DNA from: an uncultured Gemmatimonadales bacterium | GTDB taxonomy: Bacteria > Gemmatimonadota > Gemmatimonadetes > Longimicrobiales > RSA9 | Assembly: GCA_963798845.1 (NCBI GenBank) | Contig: CAWCUS010000001.1 | Location: forward strand, 256,001 to 320,000 | DNA length: 64,000 bases | Reading direction: 5' to 3' | Shown: in pieces, positions 30,087 through 40,004 of the stretch | Numbering within the stretch: position 1 is the stretch's first letter | Layout of the letters: every line of letters starts with the position of its first letter | Position numbers and translations under genes: made by a program | The notes under the pieces: model-generated | Told to the model about the DNA's origin: nothing | The model's database searches: none | The model's input: the letters and a program-made list of their open reading frames with translations, nothing else

Positions 30087-31703
30087 TCACCCGGCGGGTG
30101 GGGTGCGCGCGGGAACGTCCTCGCGGTTCCGCTCGGCGATGGACTTGGCCTGCGTGAACAGCAGCAGGTAGTCCGGCCCGCCCGCCTTCGAGTCGGTCCC
30201 GCTCATGTTGAACCCGCCGAACGGCTGCACGCCCACGAGCGCGCCCGTGATCTTGCGGTTGAGGTACAGGTTGCCCACGTGGAATTCGTCCCGCGCGCGC
30301 TCCAGCCGCTCGCGCGAGCAGGAGAACACGCCGCCCGTGAGGCCGTACTCCGTGCCGTTCGCGATCTCGAGGGCGTGGTCGAAGTCCCGGGCCCTGATGA
30401 AGGCCAGGACCGGGCCGAAGATCTCCTCCTGCGCGATGCGCGCGTTCGCATCCACGTCGGCGATGATCGTGGGCGGAATGAAGTAGCCATCCGCGTCCTC
30501 TTCGACGTCGCCGCCCAGCACGAGCCGCCCTTCCTGCTTCCCGACTTCGATGTACTCGCGGATGCTCCGGAACGCGTTCCCGTCGATCACCGCGCCCACG
30601 AACGTCCCCTTCTGCGACGGGTCGCCCACGCGGATCTCCTTGGCTCGCTGCACGACCTTCTCCACCACTTCGTCGTAGACCTCGTCCACGACGATGGCGC
30701 GGGAGCAGGCCGAGCACTTCTGGCCCTGGAAGCCGAATGCGCCCGCGACGATGGCGTCCGCGGCCGCGTCCAGATCGGCGGTTTCGTCCACCACCTGGGC
30801 GTCCTTGCCGCCCATCTCCAGGATCGTCCGCTTCAGCCACTTCTGGCCGGGGTTCAGCTTCGACGCACGATCGAAGATGCGCAGGCCGACCTCCTTGGAC
30901 CCGGTGAACGCGATGAGCCGCGTGAGCGGGTGGTCGACCAGGGAGTCCCCGATCTCGCTCCCGGGCCCCGGCAGGAAGCTCAGCGCCTTCTTCGGCAGCC
31001 CCGCTTCGTGGAGGATCTCCACGTACTTGTACGCGATGGCCGGCGCAGCGGAAGCCGGCTTCAGCACCGCCGTGTTGCCCGTCACCAGCGCCGCGGCCGT
31101 CATGCCCCCCATGATGGCCGCCGGGAAGTTCCACGGCGGGATGACGAGGGCGACACCGAGCGGGATATAGCGGAGCTCGTTCTCTTCGCCCGGGTACTCC
31201 ACCACCTCCTGCGGACCGCCCAGCTTCATGGTCCAGCGGGCGTAGTAATCGCAGAAATCGATGAGCTCGGCGATATCGGCCACGGCCTCCGTCCAGCTCT
31301 TCGAGACCTCGAACACCATCCAGGCCGCCAGATAGGCCTTCCGCTCCCGCATGAGGTCGGCTGCCTTGAAGAAGATCTCGGCGCGGTCCTGGTACGGCGT
31401 CTTCTTCCACTCGCTCTCGAAGAACGCGTGCGCGCTCTCGATCGCACGATCGCCGAGCGCTCGCGTGGCCTGGACGAAACGCCCGACCACCATCGACGGG
31501 TCGCCCGGGTTGGTCGACTCCTTGATATCCCCCTCGAGGATCTCTTCACCGTCGACGATCAACGGGTAAGTGCGGCCCAGCTCGGAGCGCACCTTCTCCA
31601 GCGCCTCCTCCATCAGCCGGACGTTGTCCGGGTCGCTCCAGTCGTAGTACGGCTCGTTCCTGAACCCTTCGATCCCGACGGGAAGTCCGGTAGCGGTCGC
31701 CAT
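30087..31703 (-). CDS. pruA: L-glutamate gamma-semialdehyde (P5C) dehydrogenase
   Basis: FRNEP, PWNFP, EMGGK, GQKCSAC and SGTDSKAGGPDYL motifs. Confidence 0.93.
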   Translation of the reverse strand: MATATGLPVGIEGFRNEPYYDWSDPDNVRLMEEALEKVRSELGRTYPLIVDGEEILEGDIKESTNPGDPSMVVGRFVQATRALGDRAIESAHAFFESEWKKTPYQDRAEIFFKAADLMRERKAYLAAWMVFEVSKSWTEAVADIAELIDFCDYYARWTMKLGGPQEVVEYPGEENELRYIPLGVALVIPPWNFPAAIMGGMTAAALVTGNTAVLKPASAAPAIAYKYVEILHEAGLPKKALSFLPGPGSEIGDSLVDHPLTRLIAFTGSKEVGLRIFDRASKLNPGQKWLKRTILEMGGKDAQVVDETADLDAAADAIVAGAFGFQGQKCSACSRAIVVDEVYDEVVEKVVQRAKEIRVGDPSQKGTFVGAVIDGNAFRSIREYIEVGKQEGRLVLGGDVEEDADGYFIPPTIIADVDANARIAQEEIFGPVLAFIRARDFDHALEIANGTEYGLTGGVFSCSRERLERARDEFHVGNLYLNRKITGALVGVQPFGGFNMSGTDSKAGGPDYLLLFTQAKSIAERNREDVPARTPPAG

Positions 31704-31768
31704 GATGACTGCCTTCTCCATGGTTGCTGTTCCTGTCGTCGCCGGCGCTGGCCTCGCCTGACCGGGCC

Positions 31769-31798
31769 AACCTACCCGGATCATAGCGGGGGCGTCAA
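31769..31798 (-). promoter_or_regulatory. Sigma70-type promoter of pruA
   Basis: TTGACG-18bp-TAGGTT on the minus strand. Confidence 0.45.
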
Positions 31799-31850
31799 CG
31801 TGCGGGGAGCGGGGGTTCCGGCGAGTACCAGGGAGGCGGAGAACGGTGGC

Positions 31851-32948
31851 TCAACCGGCGGCGTCGCGCTCCGCGCCGCGCAGCCCATCGGCCTCCAGGT
31901 CCACGGGGCGCTCGGTCGGCGGGACGCCGAGAGAGACCGGACGCGCAGGCTCCAGACCGCGATCCGCGAGGATCTTCTTCACGGCGAGAGGGCCATGGTG
32001 ACGCCCGTCCTCGATGAAGACCCTGTCCGGCCGGTTCCCGCCGACGATCACCCCGGCGACGAAGATGCCGCGCACGTTGGTCTCCATGGTCGCCGGGTCG
32101 TGCGAAGGGACCCCGGTGTCCGGATCGATGGTGACGCCGACCGAGGCCAGGATCGCGGTGTCCGGGCGATAGCCGGTCATGGCGAGAACGAAGTCGTTGG
32201 GGAAGGTCTCGGGCTCGTCGGTGCAGGTGTTCCGGAGAAGCAGGTCGCGGGGGCGGATCTCTTCCACTCGGGTGTTCCACCGCACGCCGATCTCACCTTT
32301 TCCCAGGCGGTTGGTGATGTCCGGCAGGATCCACGGCTTCACGCCCGGGTCGAGCCGGTCGAGGAAGTGAATCAGGCTCACGCGCGCGCCCGCGCGCCAG
32401 CACTCGAGGGCGGCTTCGACGGCGGAGTTCCCGGCGCCGATGACGGCGACGTCCTGGTCATAGAAGGGGTGCGCCTCCGTGAAGTAGTGGTACACTTTCG
32501 GAAGGTCCTCGCCCGGCACGCCCATGTAGTTCGGCTGCCCGGCATAGCCGGTGGCGATGACCACGTTGCGGGCGAGGTGACCGTGCTCCTCGCCCGCAAT
32601 GGTGCGTGTGCGGAGGAGGAAGGCGTCCCGCTCTCCGGTGAGGGAGCGAACATCCTCGTACTGGCGCACGTCGAGCTCGTACTCGATAGCGACGCGGCGG
32701 TAGTACTTGAGGGCGTCGGCCCGGGTCGGCTTGTCACCGGGCGTGATGAACGGCACGTCCCCGAGCTCGAGCCGCTCGGCCGTGCTGAAGAAGGTCGCCT
32801 GCGTGGGATAGAGGGTGATGGAGCGGGTCAGGCACCCCTTGTCGAACACGGCGCAGCGGAGCCCCGCCTGGGCGGCGGCAACGGCAGCGCTCAGGCCCGT
32901 GGGCCCGGCGCCGATCACGGCGAGATCCAGAGGTTCGTTATCGGTCAT
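31851..32948 (-). CDS. YpdA-family FAD/NADPH disulfide reductase (bacillithiol reductase-like)
   Basis: GAGPTGL, FFST, YYRRV, ATGY, HYF, GNSA and FIEDGRHHG motifs. Confidence 0.82.
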   Translation of the reverse strand: MTDNEPLDLAVIGAGPTGLSAAVAAAQAGLRCAVFDKGCLTRSITLYPTQATFFSTAERLELGDVPFITPGDKPTRADALKYYRRVAIEYELDVRQYEDVRSLTGERDAFLLRTRTIAGEEHGHLARNVVIATGYAGQPNYMGVPGEDLPKVYHYFTEAHPFYDQDVAVIGAGNSAVEAALECWRAGARVSLIHFLDRLDPGVKPWILPDITNRLGKGEIGVRWNTRVEEIRPRDLLLRNTCTDEPETFPNDFVLAMTGYRPDTAILASVGVTIDPDTGVPSHDPATMETNVRGIFVAGVIVGGNRPDRVFIEDGRHHGPLAVKKILADRGLEPARPVSLGVPPTERPVDLEADGLRGAERDAAG

Positions 32949-35409
32949 TCCCCTGTGGGGGTCTCAGTGTCATTCGTTCGACGGCAGATCGCTCCGCGGC
33001 CTCGCGCCCGAGCGGCATCGGGAGCAGCCCGCCGCTTCGCCAGAGATCCACCTGGTCGCGGTAGTGGCGATCGAACGGGACGCCTCCCTGCCCTGTGCCG
33101 ATCACGAACCCTCCTCCGCCGCCGAGGTTCCCCAGCTCCGCGACCTCCCGCTCGCTGGGGCCGGCCGTTGTGGTGAACGGAAAGCTGGCCGACGGTGAGA
33201 TGTATGCCCAGTGCGCCACGTTCACCGTGTGAGGAGAGCCGTGGTACGGCAGCGGTCCGATGTTGAGATCGAAGAGCGCGTCCAGGATCCGGACACCGCC
33301 GAGGGCATGGGCGTGGACGACTCGATTTCCCTCATTCCACGGCCGGTCCGCCAGGGGCGCGGCCTCCCGCATGGCGGAGGAGGCGAGATCTCGGAAGCGA
33401 GTGGCGCCGGAGTCCGCCCAGGGGAGAGCCCGGCGCTCGAGCACGTCGCCCATGGCGGTGCCGGGGAAGTACGCGGAGGCTCCGTGGTAGAGATCGGCGG
33501 CGACGGCGTGGCGGAGCAGCTCGTGCCACAGGTAGAAGAGGGTGGCGGCGCGGGAGTCGCCGGACGCACGGTGGTCCCAGCCGCGCAGGATGTCGGCCTG
33601 CGCCTGGAGTCCGGCGTCCTCCGCCGCCCGCACGGCGCGGTCGAGGTAGCGTCGGGCGTAGGCGTCGCCCACGTCGAGCTGCATGGCATGGATGTCGGCG
33701 GTGGTGAGGTCGTGGCCGCCGAGAATCATGTCCCGGATTCTCATGGCCCGGAACGGCGACTCCCAGCTGCTGCTGATGAGGTCGCCCACCGGACCGCGCG
33801 TCTGCCGGTTGTTGGCGGTGACGACGTAGCCCCCGGGCGGATCCAGGACGCGAGGGTGGTCCGCGAACGGGAGCGTCCCGCTCCAGTCCCACTCGCCGGT
33901 CCAGCCTGGCACCGGGGCGACCGGCGCGGGCCGGCCGTCGCCGCGAAGGGGCACCGTCCCTCCCATGACGTAGCCTATGTGACCCGCAGTGTCGGCGTAC
34001 ACCAGGTTCTGGTGGGGGTCGTCCATTGCGTCCGCCGCGCGCAGAAAGGAAGACCAGTCCCGGGCCAGGTTCAGTCCGATGACGCCGCGGAACACGGTGC
34101 CGGTGTGGAAGGCGGTCCACTGGACTGCCAGAACCGTGTCCCCGCTGGCGCCCGAGTCCCCCAGCGGGAGGACCGGCCCGTGGCGCGTGCTCCGGAGGCG
34201 GAGCAGGAACGGCTCTTTCCGCCCTTTCACGCGGATGGTGTCCGTACGAAGCTGGAAGGGACGACTTCCGCCCGGCGCCAGGTAGCGGGTCGAGTCGGTC
34301 GGGTCCACGCGCTCCATGAAGAGGTCCACGTCGTCGACGTATGCGTTGGTCATCCCCCAGGCGACGGCAGCATTGTGGCCAATGACCACGAGAGGGGTCC
34401 CGGGAATGCTCACGCCCACGACATCGAGCGCGGAGGAGGAGTCGTCGGGCGGCGGAGCGTGGATCCCGACGAGGTACCAGAGGCTGGGGGCCTGCAGCTC
34501 GAGGTGGGTGTCGTTCGCGAGGATCGGCTTTCCCGACCGCGTCCGCTTCCCGCTCACCGCCCACGCGTTGGACGCCGCGGCGAAGCTGAACCCGTCGAAC
34601 AGCGCGCGGGCGAGGGGCGGTGTGTCCGGGGGTTCGGGCGGCCTCGTCTCGCCGACGACGTGCGGCCCCCGCGCCGCGTGCGGGCGCGCCGGCTCTCCCG
34701 CCGCGGACAGCGGCGCGCCGGGCATGCCCCCGCCCGGCTCCAGGATGGTAGCCCCCCACGAGGGATATGCGGGGAAGAGGTATCGGGCGCGTGCCGGGTC
34801 GAGGCGACGATTGGCCCGTGCCACCGCCACCGCCTCGCCGTAGGAGGCGAGGGTGAGCGACATCATCTTGGCGACGGCGAGCGAATGCGCCGGTGTCCAC
34901 GGCTCGGGCGTGTGGCGGAGGACGAGGAGCTCGGGCGGGAGCGCGCCGCTGCGCGTGCGGAGGGCCGCGTTCACTCCATTGGCGTAGGCCTGGAGCCAGC
35001 GCCTCTCCCGCGGGGAGAGCCCCTTCTCGGCCGCGAGCGCGGCGTTCCAGAGCCCAAGGCGCCGCATGAAGATGTCGGTGTCGAGGAGGTCGGGCCCCAG
35101 GATCTCGGCCAGGCGTCCCTGGATGGCGTGCCGCACCAGGTCCATCTGCCACAGCCGGTCGCGGGCGTGGAGGTACCCCTGGACGAAAAGAGCGTCCTCC
35201 ACGCTGCTGTCCGCCCAGATCTGCGGCAGCGCGTGCGCATCCCACAGGACGGCCACCGGACCCCGGAGCCCCGCCAACGTCCATTCCCCGTCCCGCGCCG
35301 GCGTGGCGGTGTGGAGGTACAGAAGCACCGCGACCACCGCCGCCGCGACCAGCACGAGCAGTCCAGCCGAGAGGCGTAGAGCCAGTGCGCCACCGCGGCT
35401 GCGTCTCAC
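32938..35409 (-). CDS. Penicillin acylase family (Ntn hydrolase, S45)
   Basis: N-terminal anchor, QGYLHARDRLWQM, catalytic SNAWAV, ANDTHL and TANN motifs. Confidence 0.9.
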   Translation of the reverse strand: MRRSRGGALALRLSAGLLVLVAAAVVAVLLYLHTATPARDGEWTLAGLRGPVAVLWDAHALPQIWADSSVEDALFVQGYLHARDRLWQMDLVRHAIQGRLAEILGPDLLDTDIFMRRLGLWNAALAAEKGLSPRERRWLQAYANGVNAALRTRSGALPPELLVLRHTPEPWTPAHSLAVAKMMSLTLASYGEAVAVARANRRLDPARARYLFPAYPSWGATILEPGGGMPGAPLSAAGEPARPHAARGPHVVGETRPPEPPDTPPLARALFDGFSFAAASNAWAVSGKRTRSGKPILANDTHLELQAPSLWYLVGIHAPPPDDSSSALDVVGVSIPGTPLVVIGHNAAVAWGMTNAYVDDVDLFMERVDPTDSTRYLAPGGSRPFQLRTDTIRVKGRKEPFLLRLRSTRHGPVLPLGDSGASGDTVLAVQWTAFHTGTVFRGVIGLNLARDWSSFLRAADAMDDPHQNLVYADTAGHIGYVMGGTVPLRGDGRPAPVAPVPGWTGEWDWSGTLPFADHPRVLDPPGGYVVTANNRQTRGPVGDLISSSWESPFRAMRIRDMILGGHDLTTADIHAMQLDVGDAYARRYLDRAVRAAEDAGLQAQADILRGWDHRASGDSRAATLFYLWHELLRHAVAADLYHGASAYFPGTAMGDVLERRALPWADSGATRFRDLASSAMREAAPLADRPWNEGNRVVHAHALGGVRILDALFDLNIGPLPYHGSPHTVNVAHWAYISPSASFPFTTTAGPSEREVAELGNLGGGGGFVIGTGQGGVPFDRHYRDQVDLWRSGGLLPMPLGREAAERSAVERMTLRPPQGNDR

Positions 35410-36569
35410 GAAGCCTCCAGCGCCGCCGCGAGCTCCTCCATGAGGTCCGCCAGATCCTCCACCCCGACCGAGAGGCGGATGAAGCCGTCGGCGATCCCGG
35501 CGCCTCGACGCTCCTCAACGCTCATGGCCGCGTGCGAAGTGTAGCGTGGCATGGAGGCCAGCGATTCGACGCCGCCGAGACTCGGGGCGACCGAGATGAG
35601 CCGGAACCGCTCCATGACCGCGCGGGCAGCGGCATCGCCGCCACGGACGACCAGGCCGAGCATCCCGCCGTATCCGTGGAAGAGCTCGGCGGCGATGGCG
35701 TGATCCGGGTGACCTGGAAGGCCGGGATAGTGGACCGCGTCGATGGCCGGGTGGCCCGCAAGCCAGGTAGCCAGCTCGAAGGCCGTGGCGTTCTGGCGTT
35801 CCACCCGCACTGCCAGGGTCTTGAGGCCGCGATCGAGGAGCCAGAGCCCGTGCGGATCGAGGCTCGGGCCGAACGATTTGAGCCGCGTCCGCACCTGCTC
35901 GACGTGCTCCGCCGACCCCGCCACCACCCCCGCCACCACGTCCGAGTGCCCCCCCATGTACTTGGTAGCGCTGTGGATCACGAGGTCGGCGCCATGCGCC
36001 ACGGGGCGGAAGTTCACCGGCGTGGCGAACGTCGCGTCCACGACCAGCGGGATACCCTTCGCCCTCGCCACCCGGGCCACCGGCCGCAGGTCCGGCACAC
36101 GCATCGTGGGGTTGACCGGGACCTCCATGTACAGCAGGCGCGTCTCGGGAGTGCAGGCGGCCTCCCAGTCTCCACCGGGGTCCACGAACGAGGTCCGGAT
36201 GGCGAGGCGCGGCAGCTCGTGGCGCAGGAGGGTGAGCGTCCCGCCGTAGAGCGAGTCGGCGGCCACCAGGTGGTCGCCGGCGCCCGCGAAGGCGAGGATG
36301 GTCAGGGAGATCGCGGCCATGCCGCTCCCCAGCACGAGCGCCGCCTCCGCCCCGTCCAGCGCGGCCAGCTTCTGCCCCAGGCGGGCGTAGCTGTCCGAGT
36401 TGGCGTAGCGCCCGTAGAGCACCTCGCCGACGGGGTCCGGGGCGTTGAAGAAGGTCGTGCTGGCGACCAGCGGGGCCACCACGGGCTGCCCGGGTACCGG
36501 GGCCGGCGAGCCGGCATGGACCGCCAGTGTCGATGGCCCCGGGCGATGGCTGCTGCGGCTGTGGTTCAT
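35406..36569 (-). CDS. Cys/Met metabolism PLP enzyme (methionine gamma-lyase/cystathionine lyase-like); start uncertain
   Basis: YGRY, SGMAAI, DATFATP, HSATKYMGGHSD and SLGGVESL motifs. Confidence 0.85.
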   Translation of the reverse strand: MNHSRSSHRPGPSTLAVHAGSPAPVPGQPVVAPLVASTTFFNAPDPVGEVLYGRYANSDSYARLGQKLAALDGAEAALVLGSGMAAISLTILAFAGAGDHLVAADSLYGGTLTLLRHELPRLAIRTSFVDPGGDWEAACTPETRLLYMEVPVNPTMRVPDLRPVARVARAKGIPLVVDATFATPVNFRPVAHGADLVIHSATKYMGGHSDVVAGVVAGSAEHVEQVRTRLKSFGPSLDPHGLWLLDRGLKTLAVRVERQNATAFELATWLAGHPAIDAVHYPGLPGHPDHAIAAELFHGYGGMLGLVVRGGDAAARAVMERFRLISVAPSLGGVESLASMPRYTSHAAMSVEERRGAGIADGFIRLSVGVEDLADLMEELAAALEAS

Positions 36570-36653
36570 GGCCGGCCTGGGGGTCCGTGGGCCCGAATCC
36601 ATGGGAGCAGGCGCCAGGCGGGGCGCACGCACGCCACGGTGGCGGAAGCCGGA

Positions 36654-36682
36654 AAGCTAGGGGCGGCGCGGGGTGTCGGCAA
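36654..36682 (-). promoter_or_regulatory. Sigma70-type promoter
   Basis: TTGCCG-17bp-TAGCTT on the minus strand. Confidence 0.5.
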
Positions 36683-36753
36683 CGCGGCCCCGGCGGCACC
36701 CTTCCTGCACTGCAGCGGGGTGCACGAAGCACGCAGGCGAGGGACGAATACGA

Positions 36754-38181
36754 GTGACCGCGGGCAGAAAGCAGGAGGAGCGACGGCAGACGACGGAGGT
36801 CGCGAGACGGAACCCGGATCGGATCCTCGTCATTAGCGATCTACACATCGGGGCGGGCCACCAGCCGGACGGGCACGTGGACCGCCTCGAGCATTTCCAC
36901 GAGGATCGCAAGCTCGAGCGCATCCTCGACCGGCTGCAGCGGCGAGACGAGCGACGGGGCAGGCGGACGGAGCTCGTGCTGAACGGGGACGTGTTCGACT
37001 TCGTTCGCGTGGTGCGCCTTCCCGGCTCCCGCGCCGAGGTGGCCGAGTGGCGCGCCCTCCTGCGAGAGGCGGGGGTGGACGCGCCCGAAGCGGACCTGGA
37101 AGCGGCGGAGGCAGGGCGGTTCTCGCGGTTTCAGAGGCGCTACGGCTACGACTGTTCCGAGCACGCCTCCGTGTGGAAGCTGTGGCTCATGGCCCGCGGG
37201 CATCCGCGCGTCATGGAAGCGCTGGCCCGCTGGTGCGCCGCCGGTCATGGCCTCGTGGTCGTGCGAGGCAATCACGACAGTGAATGGGCGTGGGCGGGAG
37301 TCCGGCGCGCGTTCGCGGTGCTTCTCCGGGCCGCGGGGGCCCGCGCTCTCTCTCCCGGTCAGCTCCGGTTCCGGCTGCACGCCTATCGCCGCGCGAACCT
37401 GTGGATCGAGCACGGCCATGGCATGCGATGGTCCACCCGGACGGCGGCCGTGTTCACGCCGGGGCGTCGGCCGCGGCTGATGATCCCCGTGGGATCCCTC
37501 ATCAACCGCTACGTGCTGAACCCGCTGGAGCGCCTCCTCGAGCGGACGCCGGGGCTTCCTTCCTCACTCCACCTGAAGCGGCTGGCGGCGAGCCAGCGGT
37601 GGCGCCTCTGGCGGGGGATCATGACGAACGCCGTGCGAGCGCTCCCGGCATTCATCGCCGCCAGCCGCCACGCCTGGTACCAACGTGCTCGCGACTGGAT
37701 GCCCGCCCGCATCGGCGGTCTCATCGCGGCCGGCGTCCTGGTCCTTCCGCTGGTGTCGGACCGCCTCGCCGGCACGCTCGCTCTCCACTCGGGCTTCGCC
37801 CGCGCCGGCGCCGCCGCGGTGGCCATCGCCGGCCCCCAGATGGGGCTGGCGCTGTTGGAGATCGCCGCGGCCGTGCGCGACGGCACCCGGGTCCAGGCCC
37901 GCCATTACGCGCTCGAGCGGGCGGCGGCGAGGAGCCGACGGTGCGGAAGGGTGCGACCACTCGTGGTGCTCGGCCACACCCACGCCCCGGACCTCCAGTC
38001 GTGGGCGGGAGACGGGGGGGATGTGGTCTACGCGAATCCCGGGTGCTGGATGGAAGACCCGGACGGGAAGGCTGCCGCCCGATTCGTGTGGTGCGCCTTT
38101 CGCCGCGGGCGCTACGGGAACGTGAGAGTCTTCGAGATCGAGGGAGAGGACAGTCGATGCCGCACACATTCCAGGATCTGA
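36754..38181 (+). CDS. Calcineurin-like metallophosphoesterase with a membrane insertion; start uncertain
   Basis: SDLH, NGDVFD, GNHD, EHGH, GHTH and NPGCW motifs; hydrophobic helices before GHTH. Confidence 0.78.
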   Translation: MTAGRKQEERRQTTEVARRNPDRILVISDLHIGAGHQPDGHVDRLEHFHEDRKLERILDRLQRRDERRGRRTELVLNGDVFDFVRVVRLPGSRAEVAEWRALLREAGVDAPEADLEAAEAGRFSRFQRRYGYDCSEHASVWKLWLMARGHPRVMEALARWCAAGHGLVVVRGNHDSEWAWAGVRRAFAVLLRAAGARALSPGQLRFRLHAYRRANLWIEHGHGMRWSTRTAAVFTPGRRPRLMIPVGSLINRYVLNPLERLLERTPGLPSSLHLKRLAASQRWRLWRGIMTNAVRALPAFIAASRHAWYQRARDWMPARIGGLIAAGVLVLPLVSDRLAGTLALHSGFARAGAAAVAIAGPQMGLALLEIAAAVRDGTRVQARHYALERAAARSRRCGRVRPLVVLGHTHAPDLQSWAGDGGDVVYANPGCWMEDPDGKAAARFVWCAFRRGRYGNVRVFEIEGEDSRCRTHSRI

Positions 38182-38747
38182 CGGCGGGCCGCGGCCCGGC
38201 ACTTCACCGGCTGTGGCGCGAGGGCACTGCACCCGAGCCGGAGGACCTGGACGGGTGGGTCTTCCGCGGGCGCAACACGGCGCTCCTCGCCCGCCTGGGG
38301 GGAAACGGTCCGTTCGCCAAGGGGTTCCTGCGCACTGAGCGCGGCCATGAGGGATGCAACTTCCCGGTCCGGGTCCGGCAGGCCGGGTGGTCGGTGGACA
38401 CGGCTCGCCCCTTCGGCTTCTTCCACGTGAAGGCAGTGCCTGGCGCAGCCGATGGCGCCCCGCGCTCGGCGCTGCTGCTGGACTACGGCCACGGCCGCCC
38501 GGAAGCGCTGCGGACGGGGGGGCCAGGCGTCGCGCTGCGCGTGGTGGAATGGATGGCCCGGCCTCTTCGGGACTTGCTCGTGCGCCCCCCGGATGCGGCG
38601 GTCGGGGTCTACCTGGGGCGAGCGTTCTACGGGGCCCGCCTGCGCCTGCACGTCTCGTACTTCGTTCTGGAGCGGTGGCGGGCGATGGAGGGAGACGATC
38701 AGGCGAACATCGTGGCGGCGGCCGGCGTCGCCAGGAGGACGACATGA
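38157..38747 (+). CDS. Hypothetical protein, 196 aa
   Basis: GAGG upstream of the ATG; overlaps both neighbours; KGF, LLLDY, LRDLL and YLGRA segments. Confidence 0.7.
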   Translation: MPHTFQDLTAGRGPALHRLWREGTAPEPEDLDGWVFRGRNTALLARLGGNGPFAKGFLRTERGHEGCNFPVRVRQAGWSVDTARPFGFFHVKAVPGAADGAPRSALLLDYGHGRPEALRTGGPGVALRVVEWMARPLRDLLVRPPDAAVGVYLGRAFYGARLRLHVSYFVLERWRAMEGDDQANIVAAAGVARRTT

Positions 38748-39874
38748 GACAGGCAGTGGTGACCGGCGCGGGCGGGTTCATCGGCAGAGCGATCACGTCG
38801 CGGCTGCTGCGTGAAGGCTGGGCCGTGACGGCCGTGGACCTCCCCGGACGTCATGCGGCGGTGCCCCATGCGGCGCGCCGTGTGGAAGCCGACATCCGGA
38901 ACGTCGAAGCGCTCCGGCGGGCGTTTCGCGACGCCGACGCCGTCTTTCACACCGCGGCGATATTCGACCTCCTGGCGCCCTGGGACGCTCTGGAGGAGGT
39001 GAACGTGGAAGGCGTGCGCCGCGTGTGTGACGCGGCCCGGGCGGCCGGCGTCCGTCGAGTGGTGTGCTGGGGGAGCAGCAGCGTGTACGGCGTCGCCGAG
39101 GACCCCGTTTCGTTCACGGAGGATCGGCCGATCGCGATGGACGGACTCAACGCGTACGCGCGCAGCAAGCACCTCGGCGAGCTCGTCGCGCTCCAGAGCG
39201 CCGCGGAAGACGGCCCCGAAGTGGTCGTGGTCCGGCCGGCCGACGTGTACGGGCCGGGGGCCGTTCAGGGGCTGGGGCAGGCGCTCTGGGCGTTCAAGGT
39301 CGGCCTGATGAGCGCCGTGCCCGGGCCGGGCACGTCCGTTCACTCGCACGTGCACGTCGACGATGTGGCCGGCGCGGCAGTGCACCTGGCGCGTCAGGGC
39401 CGGAGCGGCGCCATCTACAACATCGCCGATCGACGGCCCATGGCCGTGGCCGATCTCTACGCGCTGGCGCGCGGCATGCTCGGCGCGGTCTCGGTCCGCG
39501 ACGGCCGCGTGAGCCTGCCGTCGCGGCCACGCTGGCGCGGCCGTCCCGTCTTCCACGTCCCCGGCCCCGTGCTCCGGGCCTTCGCGAAGGCGGAGGTGTT
39601 GCGGACCCGGAAGGGGTGGCTCACTGGCAGGCTCGGGCCACGGCCTCTCGCCTCCCCGGAAGGCGTGGACCTCCTGTTGGGCCACCATGTCGTGGCGCCG
39701 GACCGGCTCCTCGCCACCGGCTACGAGCTCGAGTGGCCCGACGTGCGGGACGGCGTCAGAGCGCTGGTGGACAGCTACCGCGCGACCGACTGGGCTGCCT
39801 TCCACGAGGCGCCGCCGCGGGTCGAGGCAACAGAAAACGACCGGGCCGGCGCCATTCCGGCCGAGGCCGCATAG
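38744..39874 (+). CDS. NAD-dependent epimerase/dehydratase (extended SDR)
   Basis: TGAGGFIG, HTAA, SSSVYG, YARSK and HVDDVA motifs. Confidence 0.9.
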   Translation: MRQAVVTGAGGFIGRAITSRLLREGWAVTAVDLPGRHAAVPHAARRVEADIRNVEALRRAFRDADAVFHTAAIFDLLAPWDALEEVNVEGVRRVCDAARAAGVRRVVCWGSSSVYGVAEDPVSFTEDRPIAMDGLNAYARSKHLGELVALQSAAEDGPEVVVVRPADVYGPGAVQGLGQALWAFKVGLMSAVPGPGTSVHSHVHVDDVAGAAVHLARQGRSGAIYNIADRRPMAVADLYALARGMLGAVSVRDGRVSLPSRPRWRGRPVFHVPGPVLRAFAKAEVLRTRKGWLTGRLGPRPLASPEGVDLLLGHHVVAPDRLLATGYELEWPDVRDGVRALVDSYRATDWAAFHEAPPRVEATENDRAGAIPAEAA

Positions 39875-40004
39875 GGTCATGCCGGACGAGCCGGGGGCGC
39901 GATATGCATCGATGCAGAGGGATTCCCCCGGACACGAGTACCTTGACGCCGGCCCCCCGGCGACACATCCTGCGCATGGCTCTCCCCGCCGACCGTATCA
40001 CCCG

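Noticed and set aside
36570..36753. SAM riboswitch upstream of the Cys/Met lyase
   Set aside because: Only GC-rich hairpins; I recognised no SAM-I or SAM-II core motifs. A covariance model search would be needed to exclude it.
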